Shown here in pieces: positions 25,306-38,696 of a stretch of 64,000 bases of DNA (position 1 is the first letter of the stretch; each line of letters begins with the position of its first letter). A program made the position numbers and the translations under genes. The stretch is from Octopus sinensis (Eukaryota), in assembly GCF_006345805.1 (NCBI RefSeq), contig NC_043002.1:87916001-87980000 (forward strand), in the 5' to 3' direction. Below the pieces are notes generated by a model, which was not told the DNA's origin, did no database searches, and worked only from the letters and a program-made list of their open reading frames with translations.

Positions 25306-25719
25306 GGATCTTTTCGGTTCGATCGACAGTTTTTTCTAGCGGTGTCATATGAAATTGTCACCCATTATTATAACCCAAGTATCGATCTATTGCATTTCAA
25401 TCTGTTTTAGGGTTAGGGGTGGGGGGAAGGGTATCTTTTTTCTTCAGAAATGTAAATAAACCCAATCTGTTTCTTAAACGAGGGACATATACATACGGCA
25501 CAGAATGTTGTTTACCTCAATAAACGTCAGTGATTGATTGAAATTGCAGAAATTGAAGAAAGAAAAAAAACAACAAATATCTTACAAACTATAGAATTTT
25601 CTCAATAAAGCCAAGAGATAAAGATGTTTTATAAACACATTCTACCAGTATACGAAGTTAAAATTTTTTTAGTTACCTAGAAATTATGTTAAAAACTGCC
25701 GTTCAAACCGAAAAGATCC
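25306..25719 (-). mobile_element. Merlin-like MITE, copy 2 (reverse orientation)
   Basis: Same TIRs; flanks aattatcg / cattgtcg (decayed 8-bp TSD, 6/8 match). Confidence 0.78.
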
Positions 25720-26193
25720 CATTGTCGGCCTTAAAATAATATTCAAGTAAATGATGACAGCGATATTACTTCTAAATAAAATGTACCGACAATGGGTCAT
25801 CGAGGGTAACTCTGTTGAGCCACTAGAGTAGCTGAAAATAGTAGTTAAATCTCGCTCAAGTATTTCTTTAAAATACAGAAAGACAAATTTGTTGTAGTCC
25901 AAGGTGATCTGATCTGTGAATGGTTGCAACTGGGATATCTTTGATCATAGGTACGTTCTGTCAGAACCGGACTTAGGCTAAACAGCAACGTCAACGAAAA
26001 TATTTCAAGGTAATCGAAGCATGAGCTGGAACGGAAAATATAAAAGATGATCTTTATATTATCAGCTTAAAAAAAAAAGGCCTGACTGGAAATGTAATCC
26101 AGAGTAAACTATCCCCGGCAAAAAAGAAATGGTGATTGTTAGAGCTTATCTCGGTAGACCTAGGACTAAGCAATAGCAACAGCAGCAAAAACA

Positions 26194-26539
26194 GTGGAGG
26201 CGCAATGACCCAGTGGTTAGGGAAGCGGACTCGCGGTCGGAGGATCGCGGTTTCGATTCCCAGACTGGGCGTTGTGTGTTTATTGAGCGAAAACACCTAA
26301 AGCTCCACGAGGCTCCGGCAGGGGCTGGTGGCGAGCCTTGTTGTACTCTTTCGCTCCAACTTTCTCTCACTCTTTCTTCCTGATTCTTGTCCCCGACTTC
26401 CTACGCAACCGCTGAGCCCTGGATGCGCATTCATCCATCCGTCGATGCTCTCGGTGTCGGGGGTTGACCTGCTTTCTCTTCTGCAGGTCTTACGAATAGC
26501 AAAGGACCACGGTTCGGACCGCTCGGACCTGACTGCTCA

Positions 26540-26545
<6 letters not shown>
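26194..26545 (+). mobile_element. SINE family 2, tail variant ii
   Basis: Head gtggaggcgcaatgacccagtggttagg; distinct tail ending in (CAA)n. Confidence 0.85.
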
Positions 26546-26573
<28 letters not shown>

Positions 26574-27267
26574 TAGTAGTGGGAGAATCTATGCGCATAC
26601 TCCACCTTCTTGAATTCTTCAATAACCGCCAAATGAGCTACGGTATCAGAATGTCGTAGTTCATTGCTTTAAAACCCAAATCACTCACTGGATATTGTAA
26701 TCTCTGATCTAAAAAAAATATGAGATGGTCATGTCAGAAGAACTTTTGAACAAACAACTACTAAATCAGGTATTGTAGTGGCTATTGCAGTTACTGTTGT
26801 TGTTGTTGTTATTGTTGCTTAGAAGATTTATATATTTATATACTTTTTTAAGCCAATACTATAAGATCTGAAGGTGATTTAGCAGGTGTTTCCACTGGAT
26901 CTGGTGACCTCATTGACGCACCCTCCAGTTGATACACGCTGTTCTATGCCGGACATAATGTCTTCTGGTTTATTTGTTTCTCCTAATTATGATAGGAGTT
27001 CAAATGGAATGTGGGGTTCATTTAACCCTTCACATCTCCCACTAGGTATTGATTAACCATTAACTAAAACAGGCACGTATTTACGATCGCAAAGAAACGA
27101 GTCATTTTGCCCTGACAGTTTTACGATAGTGCAAATAATTCAGCTAAGCCAGAGTCGTGAAGCTATTTTTATTTTTAAAAAAAGGATTGATTATTTGCAA
27201 ATTTTTTCTTCTTGCCTTGGTTATTTGTAAATAATTTGTTTATATAGCGTTGATTACTGTCATTTAG

Positions 27268-27490
27268 TGGGCAGAATCGTTAGCACGCTGGGCGAAATGC
27301 TTAGCGGTATTTCGTCTGACGTTACGTTCTGAGTTCGAATTCCGCCGAGGTCAACTTTGACTTTCATCCTTTCGGAGTCGATAAATTAAGTACCAGTTGC
27401 ACACTGGGGTCGATGTGATCGACTTGATCCCTTTGTCTGTCCTTGTTTGTCCCCTCTGTGTTTAGCTCCTTGTGGGTAATAAAGAAATAT
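27268..27490 (+). mobile_element. SINE family 1, tail type A
   Basis: gcagaatcgttagcacgctgggcg...tttgtcccctctgtgtttagctccttgtgggtaataaagaaat. Confidence 0.88.
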
Positions 27491-27884
27491 ATATTTAATA
27501 TTGTTGCAGTCGATGGTCGAGCAGTTGGCGTGGAAGGAATCTGAATATTTAATCTATTATTTCGCTTTCAGTTTTTATGTCTTGTCACTTTGACTTGAAA
27601 GGGTCGAAGACTTAGCTTAATCCGTACCTCCTTCCACTGCCGATAGAATGAATACCAGCAATACTCTTGGGTTGATATTTTATGACTGAGTGAACAGCAG
27701 AATCGAGTTTTTGATTCATGAACGAATAGTCCAACACTTTGTTTAGTCAGTCACCCATTGTATAACTGGTACTCGTTCCATAAACGATGGATGTAAATCT
27801 GGTTTAAGGCCATCCGGTTTTATATGTTTTCTGTCTCTGGGACAGAACACACTACAGTTACTCTTTTCTTTTAAGTATGAGCTG

Positions 27885-28144
27885 AAGTAATACATCGTGA
27901 AACATGATCTTCCGGAACAGATGATTTATGTATGGGTAGTAGGAACTAAATTATCTGGAACAAATGATGTACCGGGACAGATGATTTATATATAAGCTGT
28001 AGTAACTACATCAAGTGGAACAAATGGTGCTCCGGGACATGATTTATAAATGGATAGTAGTAGCTATATCATCTGGAACGAATCGTTTTCTGGAGCAGAT
28101 TATTTATATATGGGCATTAGTAGCTTCATCATATAGAACAGAAC
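27885..28144. repeat. Diverged ~60-bp minisatellite, about 4.3 units
   Basis: Recurrent arrangement atcatctggaacaaat...ccgggacagatgatttatatat...gtagt. Confidence 0.8.
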
Positions 28145-28167
28145 ATTTTAATCAGACTTTATCAGTA

Positions 28168-28570
28168 GGCGTAGGAGTGGCTGTGTGGTAAGTAGCTTGC
28201 TTACCGACCACATGGTTCAGGTTCAGTCCCACTACATGGCACCTTGGGCAAGTGTCTTCTACTATAGCCTCGGGCCAACCAAAGCCTTGTGAATGGATTT
28301 GGTAGACGGAAACTGAAAGAAGCCCGTCGTATATATGTATATGTATGTATGTGTGTGTATGTGTTGTGCTTGTCTGTGTTTGTCCTCCCAATATCGCTTG
28401 ACAACCGATGCTGGTGTGTTTACGTCCCCGTAACTTAGCGATTCTGCATAAGAGACCGATAGAATAAGTACTAGGCTTACAAAGAATAAGTCCTGTGGTT
28501 GATTTTCTCGACTAAAGGTGGTGCTCCAGTACGGCCACAGTCAAATGACTGAAACAAGTAAAAGAGTAAA
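28168..28570 (+). mobile_element. CORE-type SINE family 3, full length
   Basis: Head ggcgtaggagtggctgtgtggtaag, core-like ggcaccttgggcaagtgtcttctactatagcc, tail gactgaaacaagtaaaagagtaaa. Confidence 0.85.
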
Positions 28571-30185
28571 GTAACTGCTCGTGAGATGTGTTTATGATGG
28601 TTTATCTCTATGGCTCCTATTCAAGATGAAAGTTTATCTCTAATACGTTCCAAACCAAATAACCGGACATAAATACTGTCTTTAATGCAATTTCTTGCAA
28701 GCCATGGGACATACCTGTCAGTCCGATACAATTAGGATATAATCTACACAATACCAATTTCGGACCGAGTATTACGAGAAATCTTACTTTTATGGCTTAG
28801 TTTGAGGAGAAAGATAGCTTCTCACTGAAGGTGTGGGGAAGGACAAACAATCCCAACTCAGGAGGTATCTTCACACTGGGGATCTAGTCTGAATACTTAC
28901 AACAGGACGAACCCTGCTGAAGGTACACATGAATATAGTGATGATGCTAAACTGGGTGACAATTTAGCTCTACTAACAAAAAGTAATAACAGTCCCTCTG
29001 ACGGACTTCCACGTAATTTCTGTCTAAGCAATTGAACTAGCAAAGCTTAATTTGAACCAAGGTTAGCTTATACAACAAAAAAATATATATCTGAAGTTCC
29101 TTTTGTCAGTGATTCCTTCCGAGTTCGTTAAGTTCTATGATTCTCAACGTGTATTGTTTTAGAAAGATATTTCCTGAAAAGATATGCAGGATATTCCTTG
29201 GAAATTTGGTCGGAATTCTTAAAATGTTCATCATGCTTGAATCTGTTGTACTTTATTTTGCCCATTTATGAACCTATAAATGGACTTCCATTAATGTTAT
29301 CCACGAATTCATTTGGGAGACTTTGGTATTCCTCCTTCTTGCGACAAGAATAAACGAAAAGATTTCTCGGTTAATTAGATTGTAAAGTGAAGTTTAAATG
29401 CACCGAGCTAATAGTGAATAATGGTTAAGTTAGTGTAAAGGCGCATGACCTAATGGTTATGGTGTTGCACTTACGACCGCAAAGTCGTGGTTTCGACTCC
29501 CAGACCAGGCAGCGTGTTGTATTCTTGAACAGAGCACTTCATTTCGCGTTGCCCAATTCGCTCAGCTGTAAATAAGGAACATTGAAATGGACAAGAGTCC
29601 GGTTCAGAGGAAATGATGTGATCTTTGCTACTTATACTAATACGCCATAGGAAACAAATAACTGACCCTATGAGTCTAAGTACTCGTAAACAGCAATGTC
29701 TAGGAGACTTCCCCTTTATCTTTTTAATGTGAACATTGTCACTACAAGGGGCATAAAATCATCTGATTAGGAAAAATATTTGCGATGAAGTAAAAATAAC
29801 GTTAGTCAATGATTAAAATTATTTCTAGATTTTCCTGAAGTACGGGAGACAACTCCGTACATGTTTTAGTCGTATTGAACCAACTTGAAATCAGTGCACT
29901 AATACAACGTTTGTTATAGTCATCACAATTCGCTTGAAGAGGTAAATAAACACGGATAACGTGATTTCGTTATCAGAGAAATGCTGTTATAATTTTTCTG
30001 AGTCAAAGATCCGGACATTTTATTGCAGGTGTACAAAGCATTTAGCTTATTAGGGAAAAAGTACGCATTCAGCAAACTACATTATTTTATAAATGTAAAT
30101 GTCACCTTTACTACTTGAGTCAAGATGCTTTTAAAGATGTTGATTGATTTAAGTCATGCACGAATGAGCGTGGTTGCTAGCAGCA

Positions 30186-30199
30186 GTATCCATAGCAAC
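30186..30199. promoter_or_regulatory. Possible RFX X-box
   Basis: GTATCCATAGCAAC fits GTHNYY-AT-RRNAAC; a half site gttgctag lies at 30173-30180. Motif match only. Confidence 0.25.
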
Positions 30200-30285
30200 T
30201 TCTACCTCATGCGGCACACTTATATAGAATTATAATCAAACCTGGCTTCTAATGGAATTCAATGCCGTTGCTGCTGGTCTTACCA

Positions 30286-30339
<54 letters not shown>

Positions 30340-30377
30340 CAGCAGCAGCAGCAGTAGTGGTAGTAGTAGCAGCAGCT

Positions 30378-30411
<34 letters not shown>

Positions 30412-30454
30412 CAGCAGCAGCAGCATAAGCAGAAGCAACAGTAATAGTAGTAGT

Positions 30455-30485
<31 letters not shown>

Positions 30486-30675
30486 AAATAGTAGTAGTAG
30501 TAGTAGCAGCAGCAGTAGTAGTAATAGTAGTAGCAGAAGCAGCAGCAGCAGCTGTAGTAGTAGTAGTAGTAGTAGTAGCAGCAGTAGTAGTAATAGTAGT
30601 AGCAGAAGCAGCAGCAGCAGTAATAGTAGTAGTAGTATAGTAGTAGTAGCAGAAGCAACAGTAGTAGTAGTAGTG

Positions 30676-30720
<45 letters not shown>

Positions 30721-30965
30721 TAGTAGTAGTAGTAGTAGTAGTAGCAGCAGTAGTAGTAGTAGTAATAGTAGTAGCAGAAGCAGCAGCAGCTGTAGTAGTA
30801 GTAGTAGTAGTAGTAGCAGCAGCAGTAGTAGTAATAGTAGCAGCAGCAGCAGTAGTAGTAGTAGTAGTAGTAGTAGTAATAGTAGCAGCAGCAGCAGGTG
30901 CAGCAGCAGTAGTAGTAGTAGTAGTAGTAGTAGATGCAGCAGCAGCAGCAGCAGTAGTAGTAGTC

Positions 30966-31003
<38 letters not shown>

Positions 31004-31050
31004 CATTGATGTTGCTGCTGATGCTGATACTGTTGCTACTGTTGCTGCTT
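30286..31050. repeat. Mosaic (AGT)/(AGC)n array with ~60-bp higher-order repeats
   Basis: Block gcagcagtagtagtaatagtagtagcagaagcagcagcagc recurs at least three times. Confidence 0.92.
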
Positions 31051-31885
31051 AGTTTCAAGTCGGTTATAATAATATTTTTCCTCGGTATGTTATGCCTTAG
31101 ACTAATTTCTCCTATGATGTGTGTTTTCCCATTTATAAGACAGCATTATTATTTATGTGGATTTCACTGCTAATCTTATCAGATCGAACGGCCAAGTACT
31201 GACTTTCCTTATAGCAGTCTTTGTTGTTGTTGTTACTTATTCCATGTTAACCCTTATCGAACAAGCTTATAATCAAAGGCATTTCCATATACAACATTCC
31301 GTATGACAATCCCGTCTTTTCTCGACCTAGCCTTAAGCAATGCACACTTCCGTCGATAAAACGGGAGTGTTATTTGCAGAAGATTTAGCTGATATGAATT
31401 TGTATAGGAATTTGCTTAAACAAATGTAAATAGAAACGGGAACGGCTGTATTTCTATTTCTAAGTTATGGTAACTTCTTTAAATCTTGATATCAGTATGA
31501 ATCAACAGTTATTGTTAGCCTCTGGAACTCTGATTTAAAAGCATTCCAACCACGACTATCACGTTTTTTTTTCAAACCATAGTATATCTAGGATTATACT
31601 TAGAGTGTTCTTTGTGTTTATAGCTTAGGGTGTAGATCAGATATATGTCTATTATCATTCATCTTTTAGTTGTTTCAACCACCAGACTGCGACCATACTG
31701 AGGCAGTACCTTGGAATGCTTTTCGTTGACCTCAGTTCTTATTTGTAAAGTCTGATACTTATTCTGTCGGTTCTTTCACCGAACCGCTAGAATACGAGGA
31801 GGTAAACAAACCAATAACGGTTAACAATCGGGAGGGGTGGACAAACCCAAAGACACACACACATACAGACATGCACACATATATA

Positions 31886-32118
31886 TATTTCTTTACTGCC
31901 CACAAGGGGCTAAACATAGAGGGGACAAACAAGGACAGACAAAAGGATTAAGTCGATTACATCGACCCCAGTGCGAAACTGCTACTTTATTTATCGACCC
32001 CGAAAGGATGAAATGCAAAGTTGACCTCGGCGGAATTTGAACTCAGAACGTAACTACAGACGAAATACGGCAACGCATTTTGCCCGGCGTGCTAACGTTT
32101 CTGCCAGCTCGTCGCCTT
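31886..32118 (-). mobile_element. SINE family 1, tail type A, with 17-bp TSD
   Basis: TSD acatgcacacatatata at 31869-31885 and 32122-32138. Confidence 0.9.
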
Positions 32119-32665
32119 TTAACATGCACACATATATACATATATGACGGGATTCCACACAGTTTCCGTCTCCCAAATTCACTCATAAAGCATTGGACGG
32201 ACCAGGGTTATGCTAGAAGATATTTGCCCATTGTGCTAAGCAATGGAGCTGAAGTTGGCACCGGGTAGTTGCAAAGCGATCTTCTAAGTCACGCAGTAAT
32301 GCCTGCGACTGAAAAACAACTGAAGGGAATACTTTCAGTAGAAAGTAATACCTATGTTTCTGGCCAGTAATAATTCGCATAAGCAAAAATAATAAGAAAA
32401 TTGCAGCAGAACTGCGTGATATTGGTGTCAGACGTGACATACAGCTCATTATATAATTTGTTTTATTCGTTTCTTCCGTTTTATTTTGACATGCGCATTG
32501 CATTTTTACTGTTCCGTTTTACGAATTCAGTCTGCACATACACATTGCGTGTTCATACTTCTCTTTCCGGTTCCTACTCGCAACTGTTTATAGATCTCAA
32601 CCATCTCACGAACATGTGATCATGAGGAATGCATCACGCTCCGATGGTTGTGAAAATAGGAAGCT

Positions 32666-32712
32666 TAGTATACTGATGAAATCAAATTAAGTGAAACATA
32701 ATGTCCATAGTT
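32666..32712 (+). ncRNA. Degenerate hammerhead motif
   Basis: CTGATGA (32673-32679)...GAAAC ATAAT GTC with palindromic ACATAATGT; stems I and II poorly paired. Confidence 0.4.
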
Positions 32713-33218
32713 CTACCTCCACTGTCAAAAAAAAATCAGACTATTCTTCACTAAGCATATAAAGTAACATGAAATTATCGCTCTTCTCTTTGAGAATCGT
32801 TAACAAATCCCGCTAGTTTTTGCTTCCTTTCGCCAACTTAAAACTTAATAAATTAAACATACATTGTGTACAGCATTCAATATATCACTTTTCAACTTGA
32901 TTATTCAAAATAATATGCCTTGCCCTTTTGCGTTACTTACCTTAGCTCTCACATATCTTTATCTCTGTCTGTGCGTCTGTCTCTCTCTCTCTCTTTCTCT
33001 ATTTATTTGTTTCAGTCATTTGACTGCGGCCATGTTGGAGCACCACCTTTTAGTCGAACAAATCGATCCAGGACATATTTTTTGTAAGTCTAGTACTTAG
33101 TCTATGGATCTCTGCCGAACCGCTAAGTTACGAGGACGTAAACACACCAGCACCTGTTATCAAGCGGTGATGGGAGACAAAAACAGACACAAAGACACAC
33201 ACACGTAGATATATGCAT

Positions 33219-33316
33219 AACAGCGTAGGCTCGAAATGTAAAAGACTTTTTGACTTTCTCGAGCGTCAATCTAATACTCCTGTCTTCGTTTTTTGTTTTT
33301 CTATTTCTATTTCAAC

Positions 33317-33317
<1 letters not shown>
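33219..33317 (+). mobile_element. Truncated hammerhead-bearing short repeat (same family as 51173-51364)
   Basis: agcgtaggctcgaaatgtaaaagactttt...ctaatac..ctgtcttcg matches the reverse complement of 51200-51290; ends at (TA)n. Confidence 0.7.
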
Positions 33318-33374
<57 letters not shown>

Positions 33375-33376
<2 letters not shown>

Positions 33377-34990
33377 CATGTGACAATTAGTTAGTTGTCA
33401 TAATAAAGCTCAGAGTTTCGGATACCGGGCTGAAGTCTGCTACTGCATCTCATCAGTTATTAAGACAAAACGCTATGAAACACCGTTGAATAAAGGGAAA
33501 TTACTCCAATAGGCATGGTGAAAGTAATACTTCATTCATAGAATCCGCATACGCACACATACACACACACACACACATGTATGCATATATATCTATATAC
33601 ATACAAACACACGCGTGTATATATGCTTACAAACACACATATATACATATATGTCTACGCAAACACGCACATACACACGTATATATACATACCCATGCAC
33701 GCATCACTACACTCATATACATATCTATATACGCACATACACTTACATACGCGGATATACAAAACGTAGTCTATATACACATGCTCATACATATGCGGAT
33801 AGACGTATATACAAATAAAAACACATACTCAACAAACATAAACCGTAAAACATTCACATTTGCCGCAAAACTTGAATATACAAATGAGTTATATATGTAT
33901 ATACACAAATACACCCTCCTTTCTGCCAAACACATCTACACCTGCAGATATATAAACGTATATACATACATGAATGTATGAAAGAAGAAGACAAGTACAA
34001 CAGGTAGAGTCTTGCACTTGTATATATACAATTATTCGTACACATGTATATATGCACGCACATATACATTAGGTATATACTACACGCGTATAAGTTACAC
34101 AATTATAAAGGGTGAAAAATAATATACAGAAAATTATATAAAGTAATAAAATATATATAAATATATAAGAGATGTTAAGACATATGAAAGGCATGTACGT
34201 GGACATAATATAAAAAAAGCAGCTGCTATCTGTGATCTTGGGGAGGGTCCAAAACGTAGCAAAAGTTTGGCCATATGTGGACATGACCCAAAAAGTTTAG
34301 TTCTTGAATTTAGACATGTAGCGAGGTCTAAAGAACTTTTGCAGATATGCCATCTTTCCATATCGCAAAGACCGTATTTCCACTGCCGTTGGTGTAAGGC
34401 TTACACTTGGCCACGATCTTCCAGGGAATCGTATAGCTGACACCTTTTTCTTTTAAGGATTATATATAACTGAATAATTTGGTTGTTTTCCTTTCATCCC
34501 AGTGTCTGAAGCTTAAGGTGTGATTGTTGAATCTGGCTTTAAAATTTCCCTATGTGAGACCCACATATTTCTTCGACGAAACTATGTCATTAGAGGGTGT
34601 AGAGTCTACGGTAGCTTCATAAATGATGGCCTCGGTCATACAAGCTCCATTTAGCGGGCATAAATTTTTAACTCTGCAGGAACAGCCGACTCTAAAACCA
34701 CAAAAAACCACGATCTTTTAGCTCTAAAAGATAGCGGTTTTAGCGAGGAAATAACCTATACATTAGTCCAGTAAAAAAGAAATGGAAAAATAGGAATAGG
34801 AAAATTATCTGGTTCACACCACCTTACTCATCCGAAGTGACCTTTAATATAGGTAGATATTTCTTATCCCTTATAGATTGACATTTCCCAATCAATCATA
34901 ATTATAGAAGCTCTTTAATAGGCACAACTTAAAAATTAGCTTTAGTTCTACTACTAACTTTAAAAATATAATTGCACACAACTAACAAAA
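33375..34990 (-). mobile_element. Penelope-like element (CxCx5Cx5C GIY-YIG) with inverted 5' segment and terminal hammerhead (33402-33460)
   Basis: Minus 34300-34697: CSCRVKNLCPLNGACMTEAIIYEATV...KYVGLT*GNFKARFNNHTLSF. Plus 34780-34985: RKIIWFTPPYSSEVTFNIGRYFLSLI...HN. Hammerhead CTGATGA...GAAAC TCTGA GCT (cleavage-site U mutated). Confidence 0.8.
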
Positions 34991-35283
34991 ACAGCAAAAG
35001 GAAGCATTGAAGGGCTTAGTGGAGCAAATCGATCCCAGTTCTTACTTTTAAGTCCAGTACTTATTCTATCAGATTCCTCTAAGTTACGAGAACGTAAACA
35101 AACCAACACCGGTTATCAAACGATTGGGGGGGGTAAACAGAAAGTTACACACATGCATATACATATAAGTCATTGATTGGCAACAGAATAGGAATTACGT
35201 TACCAATATACACCTACATACATACATACATACAGACAGACAGACATATAGACAGATAGACAGACAGACAGATAGACAGATAC

Positions 35284-35366
<83 letters not shown>

Positions 35367-35387
35367 TAGATAGATAGATAGATAGAT

Positions 35388-35442
<55 letters not shown>

Positions 35443-35646
35443 CCACCAAGCAGTGTGTAGGCATAAGCAAATTTTGGGTTAGTTGAAATTGCAGTGCCTT
35501 TTAGGAGTTGAAATATATCACAAACATATTTTAATTAAGTTATGTATATATATATGGTTGTGGTGTGTGTGTGTGTGTGGTGTGTAGTGTGTGTGTGTGT
35601 GTGTGGGTGTGTGTGTGTCTGTATGTGTGTGTGTGTGTGTGTGTAT

Positions 35647-36745
35647 GAAAAAACAAGTCAAGATAGAAAATGCTAAAATAATTTTATAAAGAACATTTCA
35701 GTACCGGTTTCGGTCATTTGAGACATTTTCAACTGTAACAATTAAAAAATTAAACTTAGAAAAATTAAAAGCAAAGTTTTTTTTAAATAATATTTGTATA
35801 GTTTTCAAATATAAGTGGCATTTTCCTTGTTTCTGCCTTTCTCTGTCTCTCTTGTTTACTCTTGTGGGTTTAAGGTCCATGTGAATTCTTGGTAGGGACG
35901 AAGAAGAAGAAAGAGGAGGAGGAGGGGGAGAAGGGGAGGGAGAATTGGGGATTGCCTTGATTGTCGTTGGTCAGTGGTTGCTAGCAGTTCCTGCTGTTCA
36001 ATTCATGAAATATTTCTATTGAAAGGTTTGTTTATAGAATTTGCGTAGGTGTTATACTAAAAAGCATTAGTGATAAAGTTAGGAAGAAGAGGGGAGAGAG
36101 AAGAAGATGAAGATGATGATGACGATGACGATGATGATAATGATGATGATGATGAAGAAGAGGAAGAAGAAGAAGACGAAAAAGAAGAAGAAGTTGATGA
36201 CAGTGACGATAATGATGATGATGATGATGATGATGATATGATGAAGAGAAGAGAAGGGAGAAAATGAGTGCGTGGAAGTAATGGAATGCTGGATGACTTA
36301 AAGTTGGCATGTTGTGGGTTATAGCTGTGATTGGGGCTGATTTTTAATGGATTCTTAGGAATGTAATATTTGCGTGTGTATCTGTGTTATTCTAAAGCTG
36401 AGGTGGATATATCGTTTGTCGTAGATGCGTTCAGAAGGGGCCTGTATTTTGTAATAAAGAGAGTTTCTTTACTTATTCGTTGGTTCGAGGTTGTATCCCC
36501 TGAATTGGTAAAGGGGAAAAATCCTGAAGCTTGGAGTTTTGTTGTTGGCGCAAATATCTATGTGTTGGCTGAATGCTATTTTTCTGTTTTGGGGAATTTT
36601 TATCTGGGATCTGTGCAGGGCCATTCTTTTACGTAAACTATTTTTTGTATGGCCTATGTATTGCTCTTGACACCCAGACCAGGTTAGTGTGTATTTCAGA
36701 TTCTCCGAAGCACATGTGAAGTTGCTTTTCATTGTGAACCGTTGT
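35647..36745 (-). mobile_element. 5'-truncated Penelope-like element (Neptune/Poseidon-type GIY-YIG) with degenerate hammerhead at 35699-35735
   Basis: GIY-YIG ORF at 36469-36732; minus strand CAG-TTGAAAA-tgtc tcaaat gacc-GAAAC CG GTA-CTG. Confidence 0.72.
36469..36732 (-). pseudogene. GIY-YIG endonuclease fragment
   Basis: FTCASENLKYTLTWSGCQEQYIGHTKNSLRKRMALHRSQI...FSQHIDIC...FRIFPL. Confidence 0.8.
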
Positions 36746-36761
36746 CCCTGTTTGATATATA

Positions 36762-36805
<44 letters not shown>

Positions 36806-37260
36806 ATATGTATATATACAATGGACTTCTACACTGTTTCTGTCTACTAAATTCAATGACAAGGCATTGGTTGACAAGGGGCTATAATAGAAGACCCTTT
36901 CCCACGAGGATGTGCAGAGAGACTGAACACAAAATTATTTCGCTACAAAACGTGCTTCTTAACCACACCTGCCATTTTAATTTTATTTATTTATTTATTT
37001 ATTTATTTATTATTACTTTATTTTCTAGTTAGTTTTGTTTCGTATTCTGTATTATAAATTTAAAAATTGGTTGTGGCACGGGTCCGAATACAAAACGTTG
37101 AGATCTAAAAGCTAAATATAACTAAAAGCATAAAACCAAGTATCAAGAATCGCTTTACTCTTATCATGTAAGCTGTTGATTCAACCAATCTATGAATGTC
37201 TCAAGTCGTAAAATAATACGATGTATGTTTATATTTGTCAGTGCTAATACTTGCCCTATC

Positions 37261-37395
<135 letters not shown>

Positions 37396-37432
37396 TATGT
37401 ATATACATACATATGTATATAGACATACATGC

Positions 37433-37467
<35 letters not shown>

Positions 37468-38179
37468 CACATAAGTATATGTAACTCACGTGTATATTGA
37501 TTGCAAACGTATATTTATGATCTCTTTTGCAAGTGTGTGTATAAATGTATGAGTATTATATATATTTACATCTGCTTGGTTTTTATGGCTGCAATTAATC
37601 TGTGTGTATGTATACATACTTACATGCCTACCTATCTACCTACCTATATGCATACATAAGCACACATATATTGTATGTATGTATGTATGTATGCATGTAT
37701 GTATGTATGTATGTATGTATGCATGTATGTATGCATGTATGTATGTATGTATGTATGTATGTATGTATGTATGTATGTATGTATGTGTTTATATATGTTT
37801 GTGTGTCTGTGTTTGTCCCCCAACATCGCTTAACAACCGATGCTGGTGTGTTGACGTCCCCGTAACTTAGCGGTTCGGCAAAAGAGACCGATGGAATATG
37901 TACTAAGCTTACAAAGACTAAGTCCCGGGGTCGATTTGCTCGACTAAAGGCGGTGCTCCAGCATGGCCACAGTTAAATGGCTGAAACAAGTAAAAGAGTA
38001 AGAGAGAGTAAAGAGTAATTACTTTTATACAAGTCCTAATCATATTTAATTATAAAAGATACAATAGGATTTTCAAACATCGAATGGCTATGAGGATCTA
38101 CCCGAGTAAAATCGCAATCAAAGAGGTCCATGATCAAAAAATGGTTGAAAATCCCTGACCTAATACATGTACATATAGC

Positions 38180-38385
38180 AAGACGGCGAGCTGGCAGATC
38201 GTTACCGCTCGGGCACAATCCTTTGCGGCATTTCGTCCATCTTTACGTTCTGATTTTGAATTTCGTCGAGGTCAGCTTTACTTTTCATCTTTTGGGGATC
38301 GGTAAAATAAGTATAAGAATAATGAGGTTGATAAGACTGATTAACCTTCGACTCCGAAATTGCTGACTTTGTGGCAAAATTTTAA
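38180..38385 (+). mobile_element. SINE family 1, tail type C
   Basis: Family-1 head and body with tail actccgaaattgctgactttgtggcaaaa (also at 54790-54822). Confidence 0.75.
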
Positions 38386-38401
38386 ATCAAAACATGTATA
38401 T

Positions 38402-38432
<31 letters not shown>

Positions 38433-38457
38433 TATGTATATATATATATATGTATAC

Positions 38458-38495
<38 letters not shown>

Positions 38496-38501
38496 GTATA
38501 C

Positions 38502-38533
<32 letters not shown>

Positions 38534-38576
38534 GTATACATATTATATATATATGTATATATATATATATGTATAC

Positions 38577-38608
<32 letters not shown>

Positions 38609-38696
38609 TATATATGTATGTATACATATACATATATATATGCATATATATATATGTATGTGTGTGTGTGTGTTGTGTGTGTGTGTGTGTGTATGT

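Noticed and set aside
27885-28144. Regularly spaced repeats as a CRISPR-like array
   Set aside because: Whole units are homologous with no unique spacers; eukaryotic context; no cas genes.
30236-31058. 256- and 269-aa poly-Thr/Leu/Tyr ORFs (also 23625-24038, 43166-43528, 50533-50806)
   Set aside because: Trinucleotide arrays lack stops in some frames by construction, and the frames switch residue type at indels.
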